Made by a program: the position numbers and the translations under genes. The notes beneath the pieces were generated by a model. It was given only the letters and a program-made list of their open reading frames with translations. It was not told the origin of the DNA and ran no database searches. DNA of 62,462 nt, the filler included. It is 5 parts of 5 records of this genome, joined end to end, with 100 filler letters (N's around TTAATTAATTAA, not from the genome) between each part and the next. Parts side by side here need not be neighbours in the genome. Positions count along the whole stretch, not along the records: positions 1 to 8,966 come from SRR31156797_5439; positions 9,067 to 31,749 come from SRR31156797_5443; 3 more parts are not named here. One strand, written 5' to 3'. The first letter of the stretch is position 1, and each line of letters opens with the position of its first letter. Positions 1-9,067 of the stretch are shown piece after piece.

Positions 1-45
1 GGCTTCAAAAGAAGCCCGGTGTATTTCATTGGGAGAGCGGTCGGT

Positions 46-948
46 TCAGCTTTTGACGATATCGACACCGTTAAGCTTCGACTGGGCCTCGATCAACGAG
101 CCGACCAGCTTGTCCTCGAAACCCAGATTCATGCCGGTTACCAGGGCATTGTGAATGGCGTGGCCGATCGGGCCGCTAAGCTGTTCGCCGTCGGTCATGC
201 GGGTAAAATAGTGCAAATCCTTGCGGGCGTTGGCGAGGCTGAAACCAAGCCCCGTATAGTCGCCATCGCGAATCGCCTTCGGCACGATCATCTGGAAGAT
301 GCCGCAATTGGCGCCGCCGGCGCTCATCAATTCATAAAAATCCTCGAGCGCGATACCGGTGGCGGCACAGGCGCACAGGGCTTCGGCGACCATGGCGATA
401 TGGCCCTGGGTCATGAAGTTGTAGATCAGCTTGATCTTATGGCCGTTGCCGGTGGTTCCGACGTGGAAGATGTTTTCGCAAAAACATTCCAGCACCGGCC
501 TGATGCGGGCGAAAAGGTCGTCCGGGGCACCGACCATGGTATTGAGCTTTCCGGCCTCGGCATCGACCGGCGAACGGGCCAGCGGCGCATCGGCCAGGCG
601 TACGCCTTTCCTGGCCAGTTCCTCGGCGATACGCAGGGTGGATGCCGGTTCGGCGGTGGAGCAGTCGATGACGACGAGCCCGTCGCGCGCCGATTCCAGG
701 ATACCGTTTTCGCCGTAGACAATGGTTTCCACCTGCTGCGACCCGGTGACGCAAAGAATGACGATGTCGGACCGCGAGACGATTTCGGCCGGCGTCTTGC
801 CCTCGGCCGCACCCTTGGCGACCAGGTCGTCGATCGGCGCCCGGTTGCGGTGACCCATGACTGCCACCGGATAACCTTTTTCCATCAAATTCTTGGCCAT
901 GCCGTGGCCCATTAACCCGACACCGATAAAACCGATGCGTTCCGTCAT
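46..948 (-). CDS. NAD(P)-dependent beta-hydroxyacid dehydrogenase (3-hydroxyisobutyrate dehydrogenase / tartronate semialdehyde reductase family)
   Basis: MTERIGFIGVGLMG Rossmann start, DAPL and catalytic-Lys region GHKIKLIYN. ATG at 948 has a GGGAGA RBS and is preferred over the ORF-track start at 1026. Confidence 0.85.
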   Translation of the reverse strand: MTERIGFIGVGLMGHGMAKNLMEKGYPVAVMGHRNRAPIDDLVAKGAAEGKTPAEIVSRSDIVILCVTGSQQVETIVYGENGILESARDGLVVIDCSTAEPASTLRIAEELARKGVRLADAPLARSPVDAEAGKLNTMVGAPDDLFARIRPVLECFCENIFHVGTTGNGHKIKLIYNFMTQGHIAMVAEALCACAATGIALEDFYELMSAGGANCGIFQMIVPKAIRDGDYTGLGFSLANARKDLHYFTRMTDGEQLSGPIGHAIHNALVTGMNLGFEDKLVGSLIEAQSKLNGVDIVKS

Positions 949-1065
949 CTGCCATCTCCCCTTTTTTCGTTTGCCGGATGCCGCGACCGAAGCGGCCGCC
1001 CGCCAATGGAGGCGGAATCGTTCCAAACTGTCAAGCCGCCATGACCGGAAGCCGTTTCGGAATGG

Positions 1066-1141
1066 AATAGAAAATTTTTTCTATTTCGATAAATAAATCG
1101 AAAATTTGTTCTTGAAACCGACTTGTCATCCGTTGCATATT
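1066..1141 (+). promoter_or_regulatory. Operator-like inverted repeats plus sigma70-type promoter of the transaldolase-family gene
   Basis: AATAGAAAATTTTTTCTATT (1066-1085), then GAAAATTTGTTC (1100-1111) running into CTTGAAA-N18-CATATT. Same layout as 2447-2523. Confidence 0.55.
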
Positions 1142-1247
1142 TTCACGATCAAGAATGTGGGGTCGGAAAAAGGAAAGACGGCTGACGCCGGTAAAAACGC
1201 TACCCCCGGCCTCCACACGGCGTCGCCAATAGGAGGAGTTCAATTCG

Positions 1248-2327
1248 ATGGAAGTCAAAACCTACAAGAGCCCGCTGCACCAGATGAGCGAAACGACGGC
1301 GACGGACCTGTGGAACGATTCCTGTTCGGTCGGCGAGTTGGAGTATTCGATCGCAAACGGCTGTGTCGGCGCGACCGCCAACCCGGTCATCGTCGCCGAG
1401 GTTCTGGTCAAGGAACGCGCCAAGTGGGATTCGACCATCGAGAAGCTGATTGCCGACAACCCCAGCGCCGACGAGGAACAGATCGCCTGGAAACTGATCG
1501 AGGTGATGTCGGTGACCGGCGCCGAATTGCTGCTGCCGATCTTCGAAGCCGGCGACGGCAAGGTCGGCAGGCTGTCGCTTCAGACCAACCCGCAGTATTA
1601 CCGCGATGTCGACCGCATGGTCGAACAGGCCGTCGGGTTCGACCATCTGGCGCCGAACATGATCGTCAAGATTCCGGTCACCGAGGCCGGGGTCAAGGCG
1701 ATCGAGGAAGTGACCTTCCGCGGGGTCAGCATCAATGCGACGGTCAGCTTCTGCGTGCCACAGGCGATCGCGGTGGCGGAAGCCGTCGAACGCGGGCTGG
1801 ACCGCCGCGAAAAAGCCGGCAAGGACATTTCGCGCATGGGACCGGTCTGCACGCTGATGGTCGGCCGCATGGACGATTGGCTGAAGGTTGTTGCGGGCAA
1901 AGATGACATCGTCACCGATCCGGAAATTCTCGATTGGGCCGGCGTCGCCATGATGAAGAAGGCTTACGGCATCTATCAGGAACGCGGCTATCGGGCGCGT
2001 CTGTTGTCGGCGGCGACGCGGCACCACCGGCATTGGTCGGAATTCATCGGCGGCGACGTCGTCGTCACCCTGACCCATAAATGGCAGAAGCGATTCAACG
2101 GCTCCGATATCGAGGCGGTCCCGCGTATGGACATTCCGGTCGACCCGGCCATCGTCGACGCCCTTTCGGACAAGTTCGTCGATTTCCGCCGGGGTTATGA
2201 CGAAAAAGGCATGACGCCAGCCGAATTCGACGGCTACGGCCCGACGAAAAAAACCCTGTCCGGTTTTATCGGCGCCTATCACGATTTCGTCGCCGATATC
2301 CGCAGCTATATGATCCCCGGCGTCTAG
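1248..2327 (+). CDS. Transaldolase-family protein (long form, atypical active site)
   Basis: WNDS, GATANP, IVKIP (Schiff-base Lys), SINAT and VGR motifs; AGGAGG RBS. Confidence 0.85.
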   Translation: MEVKTYKSPLHQMSETTATDLWNDSCSVGELEYSIANGCVGATANPVIVAEVLVKERAKWDSTIEKLIADNPSADEEQIAWKLIEVMSVTGAELLLPIFEAGDGKVGRLSLQTNPQYYRDVDRMVEQAVGFDHLAPNMIVKIPVTEAGVKAIEEVTFRGVSINATVSFCVPQAIAVAEAVERGLDRREKAGKDISRMGPVCTLMVGRMDDWLKVVAGKDDIVTDPEILDWAGVAMMKKAYGIYQERGYRARLLSAATRHHRHWSEFIGGDVVVTLTHKWQKRFNGSDIEAVPRMDIPVDPAIVDALSDKFVDFRRGYDEKGMTPAEFDGYGPTKKTLSGFIGAYHDFVADIRSYMIPGV

Positions 2328-2336
2328 CCGCAGGGC

Positions 2337-2369
2337 CCGATTCCCGATTGACGGGAATGCCGGTTTTTA
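2337..2369 (+). terminator. Probable intrinsic terminator after the transaldolase gene
   Basis: ATTCCCG-ATTGA-CGGGAAT hairpin followed by GCCGGTTTTT. Confidence 0.45.
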
Positions 2370-2446
2370 GCTTTTCGAACCGCATCCCGGGACGGATGAT
2401 GTGCGGCGGCAAGCAGTTGGGGGCTCGTCGCCATCATCCGTTCAAA

Positions 2447-2523
2447 AATTGAAACTTTATTTCTATTTTCTATCCAAGAATGAATATTCATTCTTGAAAC
2501 ACCGGCCGTCCAGAGGGCATATA
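2447..2523 (+). promoter_or_regulatory. Operator palindrome plus promoter of the RpiR-iolC operon
   Basis: Perfect 22-bp palindrome CAAGAATGAATATTCATTCTTG (2475-2496) overlapping TTGAAA-N18-CATATA; upstream box GAAACTTTATTTC. Confidence 0.6.
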
Positions 2524-2629
2524 TAGGGTTCGGGGAAACGGACAGGCGCGTCCCGTTGCCGGTCGCGCAAACACAAAAACGAGGGAACCCCGGCCCAGCA
2601 GGCTGCGAAATTGCGGCGGGAAATCGAAT

Positions 2630-3475
2630 ATGGCCGAAAATTCCAAGAACGCCCCGAAAACCTACGAGGAACTGCAACAAGCCATCACCGAACGCTACGA
2701 CTCGCTGAGCGGGCAGTTGCAGCGAATCGCCCATTTCGTCGTCGAAAATCCGGACGACCTTGCCCTTGAAACGATCACGCGCCTGGCCAAGCGGGCGAAG
2801 GTGCAGCCGTCAAGCATGGTGCGCTTCGCCCAGGCCCTCGGCTATGACGGCTTCAGCACCATGCAGCGCCTGTTCCGGTTGCGCCTGATCGAGGGATCGC
2901 TGAGCTACCGCGAACGCATCAAAAGCCTGCGCCACGAACACGGCGAGGGCGAGCGGGAACCGCATTCGATCCTGTCGGAATTCGCCGATCAGGGAATCGC
3001 TTCGCTGGAAGTGCTGCGCGCCAACACGCCGCCCAACGCCATCCGCAAGGCGGTCGAAATTCTGGCTTCGTCAAACGCCGTCTATCTGATCGCGCAACGT
3101 CGGTCCTTCCCGGTCGCCTTCTATCTGAGCTATGCCCTGACCCGCCTGGAACGGCGGTGCCATCTGGTCGACGGAATCGGAGGCCTTCTCGATCAACAGA
3201 TCCGGCTGGCGACGCCGAACGATGTCATCATCGCCATCAGCTTTCGCTCCTATTCGCCGGAGGTCTTCGAAAATGTCACCGAACGCGCCGACGCCGGGGT
3301 GCCGGTCGTCGCCATTACCGACAGTCCGCTGAGCCCGCTGGCGCCACCGGCAACGGTCTGTTTCGAAGTCAGCGAAAAGGAACGGCACGCGTTCCGAAGC
3401 CTGGTCGCGCCGATGTGCCTGGCACAAACCCTGGTCGTCAGCCTGGGCGACTATCTGGACACCGGCAAAACCTAA
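2630..3475 (+). CDS. iolR: MurR/RpiR-family transcriptional regulator (IolR-like)
   Basis: N-terminal HTH (VQPSSMVRFAQALGYDGFS), C-terminal SIS domain (AISF, AITDS); lies directly upstream of iolC. Confidence 0.8.
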   Translation: MAENSKNAPKTYEELQQAITERYDSLSGQLQRIAHFVVENPDDLALETITRLAKRAKVQPSSMVRFAQALGYDGFSTMQRLFRLRLIEGSLSYRERIKSLRHEHGEGEREPHSILSEFADQGIASLEVLRANTPPNAIRKAVEILASSNAVYLIAQRRSFPVAFYLSYALTRLERRCHLVDGIGGLLDQQIRLATPNDVIIAISFRSYSPEVFENVTERADAGVPVVAITDSPLSPLAPPATVCFEVSEKERHAFRSLVAPMCLAQTLVVSLGDYLDTGKT

Positions 3476-3496
3476 CGGCGCAAAGGAATTGGCGTA

Positions 3497-5407
3497 ATGG
3501 ACGATCGCAGCCTCGACTTCATCGGGCTCGGCCGTGCCGCCGTCGATCTTTACGGCGAACAGATCGGCGGCCGGCTCGAAGACATGGCCAGTTTCAACAA
3601 GTATATCGGCGGCAGCCCCACCAACACCGCCATCGGCGGCGCCCGCCTGGGTCTGCGTACGGCTGTCATTGCGCGCGTCGGCAACGAACACATGGGCCGC
3701 TTCGTCCGCGAAGCCTTGGCCGCCGAGGGCGTCGACGTCAGCCATGTCGTCACCGACCCCGATCGACTGACCGCACTGGCCATTCTCGGAATCCGCGACC
3801 GCAACACCTTTCCTTTGGTCTTCTATCGCGAGAACTGCGCCGACATGGCGCTGTCGCCGGACGATTTCGAACCCGAATTCATCGGATCGGCAAAAGCCCT
3901 GGTAACCAGCGGCACCCACTTTTCGACACAGCATATCTACGCCACCAGCCGGGCCGCCATGGACATGGCGAAGGCGGCCGGAACCCGGGTCGTTCTCGAT
4001 ATCGACTACCGGCCGGTCCTGTGGGGCCTGACGCCGCCCGGCATGGGCGAAAACCGGTTCGTCCCCGATGCCACCGTGACCAAACACCTGCAGTCCATCA
4101 TTCCCGATTGCGACCTTATCGTCGGCACCGACGAAGAGATCCATATCGCCGGCGGAACCACCGACACGCTGGCCGCCCTTGGCGCCATCCGGGAATTGAG
4201 CGACGCCACCATCGTCCTCAAACGCGGGCCGATGGGCTGCGTCGTATTCCCCGGCGATATTCCCGACGCCATCGAAAAGGGCATCGTCGGACGCGGCTTT
4301 CCGGTCGAGGTTTTCAACGTCCTGGGTGCCGGCGACGCTTTCATGGGCGGCTTCCTGCGCGGCTGGCTTCGCGACGAACCGCTGGATGTCTGCTGCACCT
4401 ACGCCAACGCCTGCGGGGCAATCGTCGTGTCGCGCCACGCGTGCTCTCCGGCGTCACCCAGTTGGACCGAACTGACCGATTACCTGGAAAGCGGCAGCAG
4501 CCACTACCGCCTGCGCGAAGACGCCTGCCTGAACCACATCCACTGGGCGACCAACCGCCGGCACGACTGGCCCGAGGTCCGGGCCCTGGCTTTCGATCAC
4601 CGTATCCAACTGGAGGAGATCACCGATCGCCTGGGCATCAACCGCAACCGCATTACCGCCTTCAAAAGCCTGATCGGCCAAGTGCTTGAAGCCGCCGACG
4701 ACGGCACGCCGGGCGCCGGCGCCCTGATCGACGGCACCTACGGCGAGGACGTGCTGGCCCGCCTGACCGGCAGCGGCCGCTGGCTGGCCCGCCCGGTCGA
4801 GATTCCGGGCTCGCGGCCTCTGGCCTTCGAAGCCGGCGGCAACGTTGCCCTGCGTCTGCGCCAATGGCCCATCGAACACGTCGTCAAATGCCTGGTCTAT
4901 CTTCACCCCGACGACGAAGCGGCGCTGATGGAAGAACAGTTGGACAAGCTGTCGACGCTTTACGAAGCAACCCGCATGACCCGGCACGAACTGATGCTGG
5001 AAGTGATCCTTCCGAAAAACTTGCCGACGCAAACGGATACGGCGGCGCGCGCGCTCGAGGTCATCTACGGGGCTGGCATCCGGCCGGACTGGTGGAAGCT
5101 GCAATCGCCGCCCCGGCCCGGCGGCTGGCAGGCCATCGACGACGCCATCGACAGCAACGACCCGTATTGCCGGGGCGTGCTGCTGCTCGGCCTCGACGCG
5201 CCGATGGCGGAACTCGGCCAAGCCTTCGCCGAGGCGCGACGCCACAAATGGTGCAAGGGCTTCGCCATCGGACGCAGCATTTTCAGGCAAGCCGCGGAAG
5301 CCTGGCTGTCCGACGCCATCGACGACGAGACCGCCATGCAGACCATGACCGCGAACTACCGGCGGACGGTCGATCTGTGGCGCGGCAGCGCCGTGGCCGA
5401 AGCCTGA
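3497..5407 (+). CDS. iolC: Bifunctional 5-dehydro-2-deoxygluconokinase / DUF2090 aldolase
   Basis: GRAAVDLYGEQIGGRLED, GGSPTN, PfkB motif VEVFNVLGAGDAF; C-terminal LAFDHR, PDWWKL and GFAIGRSIF. Confidence 0.92.
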   Translation: MDDRSLDFIGLGRAAVDLYGEQIGGRLEDMASFNKYIGGSPTNTAIGGARLGLRTAVIARVGNEHMGRFVREALAAEGVDVSHVVTDPDRLTALAILGIRDRNTFPLVFYRENCADMALSPDDFEPEFIGSAKALVTSGTHFSTQHIYATSRAAMDMAKAAGTRVVLDIDYRPVLWGLTPPGMGENRFVPDATVTKHLQSIIPDCDLIVGTDEEIHIAGGTTDTLAALGAIRELSDATIVLKRGPMGCVVFPGDIPDAIEKGIVGRGFPVEVFNVLGAGDAFMGGFLRGWLRDEPLDVCCTYANACGAIVVSRHACSPASPSWTELTDYLESGSSHYRLREDACLNHIHWATNRRHDWPEVRALAFDHRIQLEEITDRLGINRNRITAFKSLIGQVLEAADDGTPGAGALIDGTYGEDVLARLTGSGRWLARPVEIPGSRPLAFEAGGNVALRLRQWPIEHVVKCLVYLHPDDEAALMEEQLDKLSTLYEATRMTRHELMLEVILPKNLPTQTDTAARALEVIYGAGIRPDWWKLQSPPRPGGWQAIDDAIDSNDPYCRGVLLLGLDAPMAELGQAFAEARRHKWCKGFAIGRSIFRQAAEAWLSDAIDDETAMQTMTANYRRTVDLWRGSAVAEA

Positions 5408-5434
5408 AACCCGACCCGACTATGATGAACGGAA

Positions 5435-5460
5435 GGCCCCCGGAACGCCGCCGGGGGACT
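5435..5460. terminator. GC hairpin between convergent iolC and dctM
   Basis: CCCCCGG-AACGCCG-CCGGGGG between two convergent stop codons; no clear U tract. Confidence 0.35.
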
Positions 5461-5465
5461 TGTCT

Positions 5466-6749
5466 TCAGCCGAGGACGGCCCTCGGAAGCCACAAGGTGA
5501 TGTCCGGCACGTAGACGACCAGGGCCAACGCAATGATCATGACGACGTAGAACGGCCACAGCCCTTTCACGACCTCCTCCATCGGCAGGCCGCTGATGGC
5601 GCATCCGACGAACAAGGTGGAACCGACCGGCGGCGTGATCAGGCCCATGCCCAGGTTGACCATCATCAGGATGCCGAAATGCACCGGGTCGATGCTGAAC
5701 GCCTGGACGACCGGCAACAGGATCGGCGTGCAGATGAGAATCAGCGGCGCCATATCCATCAGCGTGCCGAGAACGAGGAACATGATGTTGATGAGCAGCA
5801 GGATGACGTACTTGTTTTCCGAAACCGTCAGGAAGGCGTTCGTGATCACCGCCGGGATCTGCATCATCGCCATCAGGAAACCGAAGCCCGAGGCGAAACC
5901 GATCAGGATCATCACCATGCCGACGGTCTTGACGACGCGGAACAGCAGTTTGTCGAGTTCGCGCCATTTATAGTCGCGATAGACGAACATGGTGACGAAA
6001 AAGGCGTAAAGGCAGGCGACCGAGGCCGACTCGGTAGCCGTGAACACCCCGGACAGGATGCCGCCGAGAATGATGACAACGGTGAGCAGAGCCCAGATTC
6101 CGTCGCCGAGGATCCGCAGCGCCTTGCCCAGCGGAATGACTTCACCCTTTGGGTAATTGCGGCGGTGCGCGAAAAAAAGGCATAAAACCATCAGCGAACA
6201 GCCGAGAACCAACCCCGGGCCTACGCCACCCAGGAACAAGGCGGCGATCGACACGGAACCGCCGGTGGCGAATGAATAGATGACCGCGTTATGCGACGGC
6301 GGAATCAGGATCGCCTGAACCGAGCCGCAGACCGTCACGTTGGTGGCGAACACGCGGGGATAGCCGGCGCGTTCCATCTCCGGAATCATGACCGATCCGA
6401 CCGACGCAGTGTCGGCGATCGACGAACCCGACAGGCAACCGAAGAAAGTGGACGCCAGCACGTTGACCAACGACAGGCCGCCGCGAATGAACCCGACGAA
6501 CACACGGGCCAGATTGACCAGCCGCAACGCCAAGCCGCCCTCGGCCATGATGGCGCCGGCCAGCACGAAAAAGGGGATGGCAAGGAGCGAGAAATCGTCG
6601 ACTCCGTCGGACGTCTTCAACACCACGGCCTCGAGCGGCAAGTCGATGTACAGAGCGCCAAAGATTGCCGCCATGCCAAGCGCATAGGCAATCGGCACGC
6701 CGATGGTGACGAGAATTGCAAAAGTACCGAGAAGGACTAAGGGCTCCAT
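5466..6749 (-). CDS. dctM: TRAP transporter large permease
   Basis: LLAIPFFVLAG, SGSSIAD, LIPPS, TATE and GLITPPVG motifs; start placed at MEPLVLL (6749). Confidence 0.92.
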   Translation of the reverse strand: MEPLVLLGTFAILVTIGVPIAYALGMAAIFGALYIDLPLEAVVLKTSDGVDDFSLLAIPFFVLAGAIMAEGGLALRLVNLARVFVGFIRGGLSLVNVLASTFFGCLSGSSIADTASVGSVMIPEMERAGYPRVFATNVTVCGSVQAILIPPSHNAVIYSFATGGSVSIAALFLGGVGPGLVLGCSLMVLCLFFAHRRNYPKGEVIPLGKALRILGDGIWALLTVVIILGGILSGVFTATESASVACLYAFFVTMFVYRDYKWRELDKLLFRVVKTVGMVMILIGFASGFGFLMAMMQIPAVITNAFLTVSENKYVILLLINIMFLVLGTLMDMAPLILICTPILLPVVQAFSIDPVHFGILMMVNLGMGLITPPVGSTLFVGCAISGLPMEEVVKGLWPFYVVMIIALALVVYVPDITLWLPRAVLG

Positions 6750-6771
6750 GAACGGGTCCGATCCTGTGCGA

Positions 6772-7287
6772 TCAATTCGTTTTTGCCGCGCCATCGGCGG
6801 CGGAAGATGTCGGGAAAAAGTTGCCGGTCCAAAGGCGTTCGATGACAAACAGCACCGTCACCGTGGCGCCGACGGGCAGCGGCACGTAGGTCAATCCAAC
6901 CCGAATTGTCGGGAACTCGGCGACGAAGTTGTGCCAAGTGGCGTCGATGAGCAGAACCCCGTAATACAGAATAAGCAGGTTGAAGCCGATCATCAGGGCC
7001 TCGGTCACCAGGGCGACTGCCACTCGTTGCCATCCGCTGGTCAAGTTGACGAACAACATCACGCAGATATGCACGCCCGAGCGGTAGCAAACGGCGCCGG
7101 CGAAGAACGTGAACACGATCATGAAGATGACGGCGAGCGGTTCCGGCCAGCTCAACCCCCTGTTCATGACGTAACGCATATAAACATTGAACGGGATGAC
7201 CGTCGTCAGCACCACCAGCGCAAAACCGGCAATCCACATGCACAGGAGATAGAGCCGGTCCATGGCCGCAATATAGGCCTGCTTCAT
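6772..7287 (-). CDS. dctQ: TRAP transporter small permease
   Basis: Four TM segments, RY...SWPE motif, position between dctP and dctM; start MKQAY with GGAGA RBS. Confidence 0.88.
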   Translation of the reverse strand: MKQAYIAAMDRLYLLCMWIAGFALVVLTTVIPFNVYMRYVMNRGLSWPEPLAVIFMIVFTFFAGAVCYRSGVHICVMLFVNLTSGWQRVAVALVTEALMIGFNLLILYYGVLLIDATWHNFVAEFPTIRVGLTYVPLPVGATVTVLFVIERLWTGNFFPTSSAADGAAKTN

Positions 7288-7368
7288 CGTGTTCTCCGCC
7301 AATACTTCGAAGATTGGCCGGCACAAGGCGCCATGGCGTCCCATGCCGGCCAATGAATCGTCAAGCGA

Positions 7369-8364
7369 TCACTTCACGGCGCTGATGCGCTCGATCATCT
7401 TCGCATATTTTGATCCGTATTTATCCCAAACGGGCTTCACAGCCGCCTGGAACGGAGCCTTGTCTTTAATGTAGTTGATCTCGATTCCCTCCGTCGACTT
7501 CATCTGATCCATCGCTTCGCCGACCTTCTTGTCCCACAGGACGCGTTCTTCCATCTGGGCCTCGCGGGCCAGCTTCATGATCAGCGCCTGATCCTCGGCC
7601 GGCATCTTGTTGAAGATCTTCTTCGAGAAGACCAGCATTTCGGGGATCATCAGGTGTTGGGTGAACGAATAGTACTTCGCCACGCTGATCAGGTTGAACG
7701 AGACGTAAGACGGCTGGTTGTTCTCGGCGCCGTCGACGACACCGGTGGCGATCCCGTTGTAGACCTCCGGCATCGGCATCGGCACGCCGGTGCCGCCCAA
7801 TGCGTTCATCGTGTCTACGTAGAGCGGGTTGCCCATCATGCGGATCTTCAAGCCTTTAAGGTCGGACGGCTTTGTGATCGGGCGCGCCGTGTTGAACACC
7901 GAACGAGTCCCCGAGTCCATCCAGCAGAGGCCGACGAGGTTGGCGTTGGGGTTGTCGGTGATCCTTTGCAGCAGTTCGGTGCCGATTTCGCCGTCAATCA
8001 CCTTGCGCATGTGCGCCTCGTCACGGAACACGAACGGCAGGTTGAAGACGTTGACGTCGTCGACGATCGGACCGATCGGACCGACCGAAACACGGGTCAT
8101 GGCCAGGGCGCCAAGCTGTGTCTGCTGCAGCGTCGCTTCTTCGGAGCCGAGCTGCATCGCCGGGTACATCTGGATTTCGTACTTTCCGTTCGTCGCCGCG
8201 GACAGCTTCTTACCCATGCTGACCACCGCCTCGACCGTCGGGTAGCCGAACGGATGAACGTCGGCCGCCTTCAACACCATTTTGTCAGCCGCCGAGACCA
8301 TCGATGTCGAACCGACCATCATGGCTACTGCGATCGCCGGAGCGATATATTTGCTGATTTGCAT
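7369..8364 (-). CDS. dctP: TRAP substrate-binding protein (probably sugar-acid class)
   Basis: Signal peptide, QLGSE, DLKGLKIRMM (conserved carboxylate-binding Arg), VDGAENN; GGAGG RBS. Confidence 0.92.
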   Translation of the reverse strand: MQISKYIAPAIAVAMMVGSTSMVSAADKMVLKAADVHPFGYPTVEAVVSMGKKLSAATNGKYEIQMYPAMQLGSEEATLQQTQLGALAMTRVSVGPIGPIVDDVNVFNLPFVFRDEAHMRKVIDGEIGTELLQRITDNPNANLVGLCWMDSGTRSVFNTARPITKPSDLKGLKIRMMGNPLYVDTMNALGGTGVPMPMPEVYNGIATGVVDGAENNQPSYVSFNLISVAKYYSFTQHLMIPEMLVFSKKIFNKMPAEDQALIMKLAREAQMEERVLWDKKVGEAMDQMKSTEGIEINYIKDKAPFQAAVKPVWDKYGSKYAKMIERISAVK

Positions 8365-8509
8365 TATTAACCTCCCAATTGTGCCGATACGAATGAAACC
8401 GAACGATTTCTTCGTTCGCAGGCAAATGCCTTAACAAAAGCCATCGGGGGTTTTTTGATTGATGATTATCCTCCCCAACCGATTCAAACTCCAAAACAAA
8501 CTTTATGTC

Positions 8510-8535
8510 AGTTCCAAATATGGAACTAAGTTCTA
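8510..8535. promoter_or_regulatory. Inverted repeat upstream of dctP, candidate operator
   Basis: AGTTCCA-AATA-TGGAACT overlapping TGGAACTAAGTTCTA in an AT-rich patch. Confidence 0.4.
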
Positions 8536-8966
8536 CTTTTATAGATTGCCGAGTCATCACCCCTGGTGTCAAGTCGACAATTGATGTTTTCGATCTGATA
8601 CGGTCCGTCATCCGGTCATTATCTCGACCTGCTTGGGGCATCAAAAGGATGCCCATGTGGCGGGGAAACCGCTGCCCCTGTTGTATCTGTACGGGGTTCC
8701 CGCCCCCCTCTTTGGCGCGACCGACGATCCTTCCGGCCTAAACCGGGCCGAAACCAAAAAAGGCGTCGGATCTTGAGGATAGAGATGTTCTTATTTTGGG
8801 ATTTCCAGAGATCGGTTTTATCGGGTGCCCCCGAGTCCCTGCCCCCGGTAAAGGCGCTCTACCTTCCTCCGAAAAAAACCGTGTGAACGGTACCGGAAAT
8901 AGGTATATTGGCCCAACCACTTTACCAATCAAAAAAAACGGTGCAATCACAAAAGACTAGCCGAAA

Positions 8967-9066
8967 NNNNNNNNNNNNNNNNNNNNNNNNNNNNNNNNNN
9001 NNNNNNNNNNTTAATTAATTAANNNNNNNNNNNNNNNNNNNNNNNNNNNNNNNNNNNNNNNNNNNN
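8967..9066. other. Artificial contig linker
   Basis: 44 N + TTAATTAATTAA (stops in all six frames) + 44 N; base composition switches across it. Confidence 0.99.
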
Positions 9067-9067
9067 C

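Noticed and set aside
46..2327. Sulfoglycolytic sulfo-TAL pathway reading of transaldolase plus reductase
   Set aside because: No sulfoquinovosidase, SQ isomerase or sulfonate exporter is visible, and the iolC/RpiR context points elsewhere. Not excluded, but unsupported.
19..8370. Many long overlapping or antisense ORFs in the GC-rich segments (e.g. 19-915, 1200-2282, 3071-4438, 3157-4689; likewise 33514-34620, 38335-39582, 43360-44358, 45754-46695)
   Set aside because: They shadow well-supported genes, have no family motifs, and are expected from stop-codon scarcity at high GC.
9011..9022. Repeated TTAATTAATTAA motif
   Set aside because: Artificial linker embedded in N runs; not a biological repeat or CRISPR.
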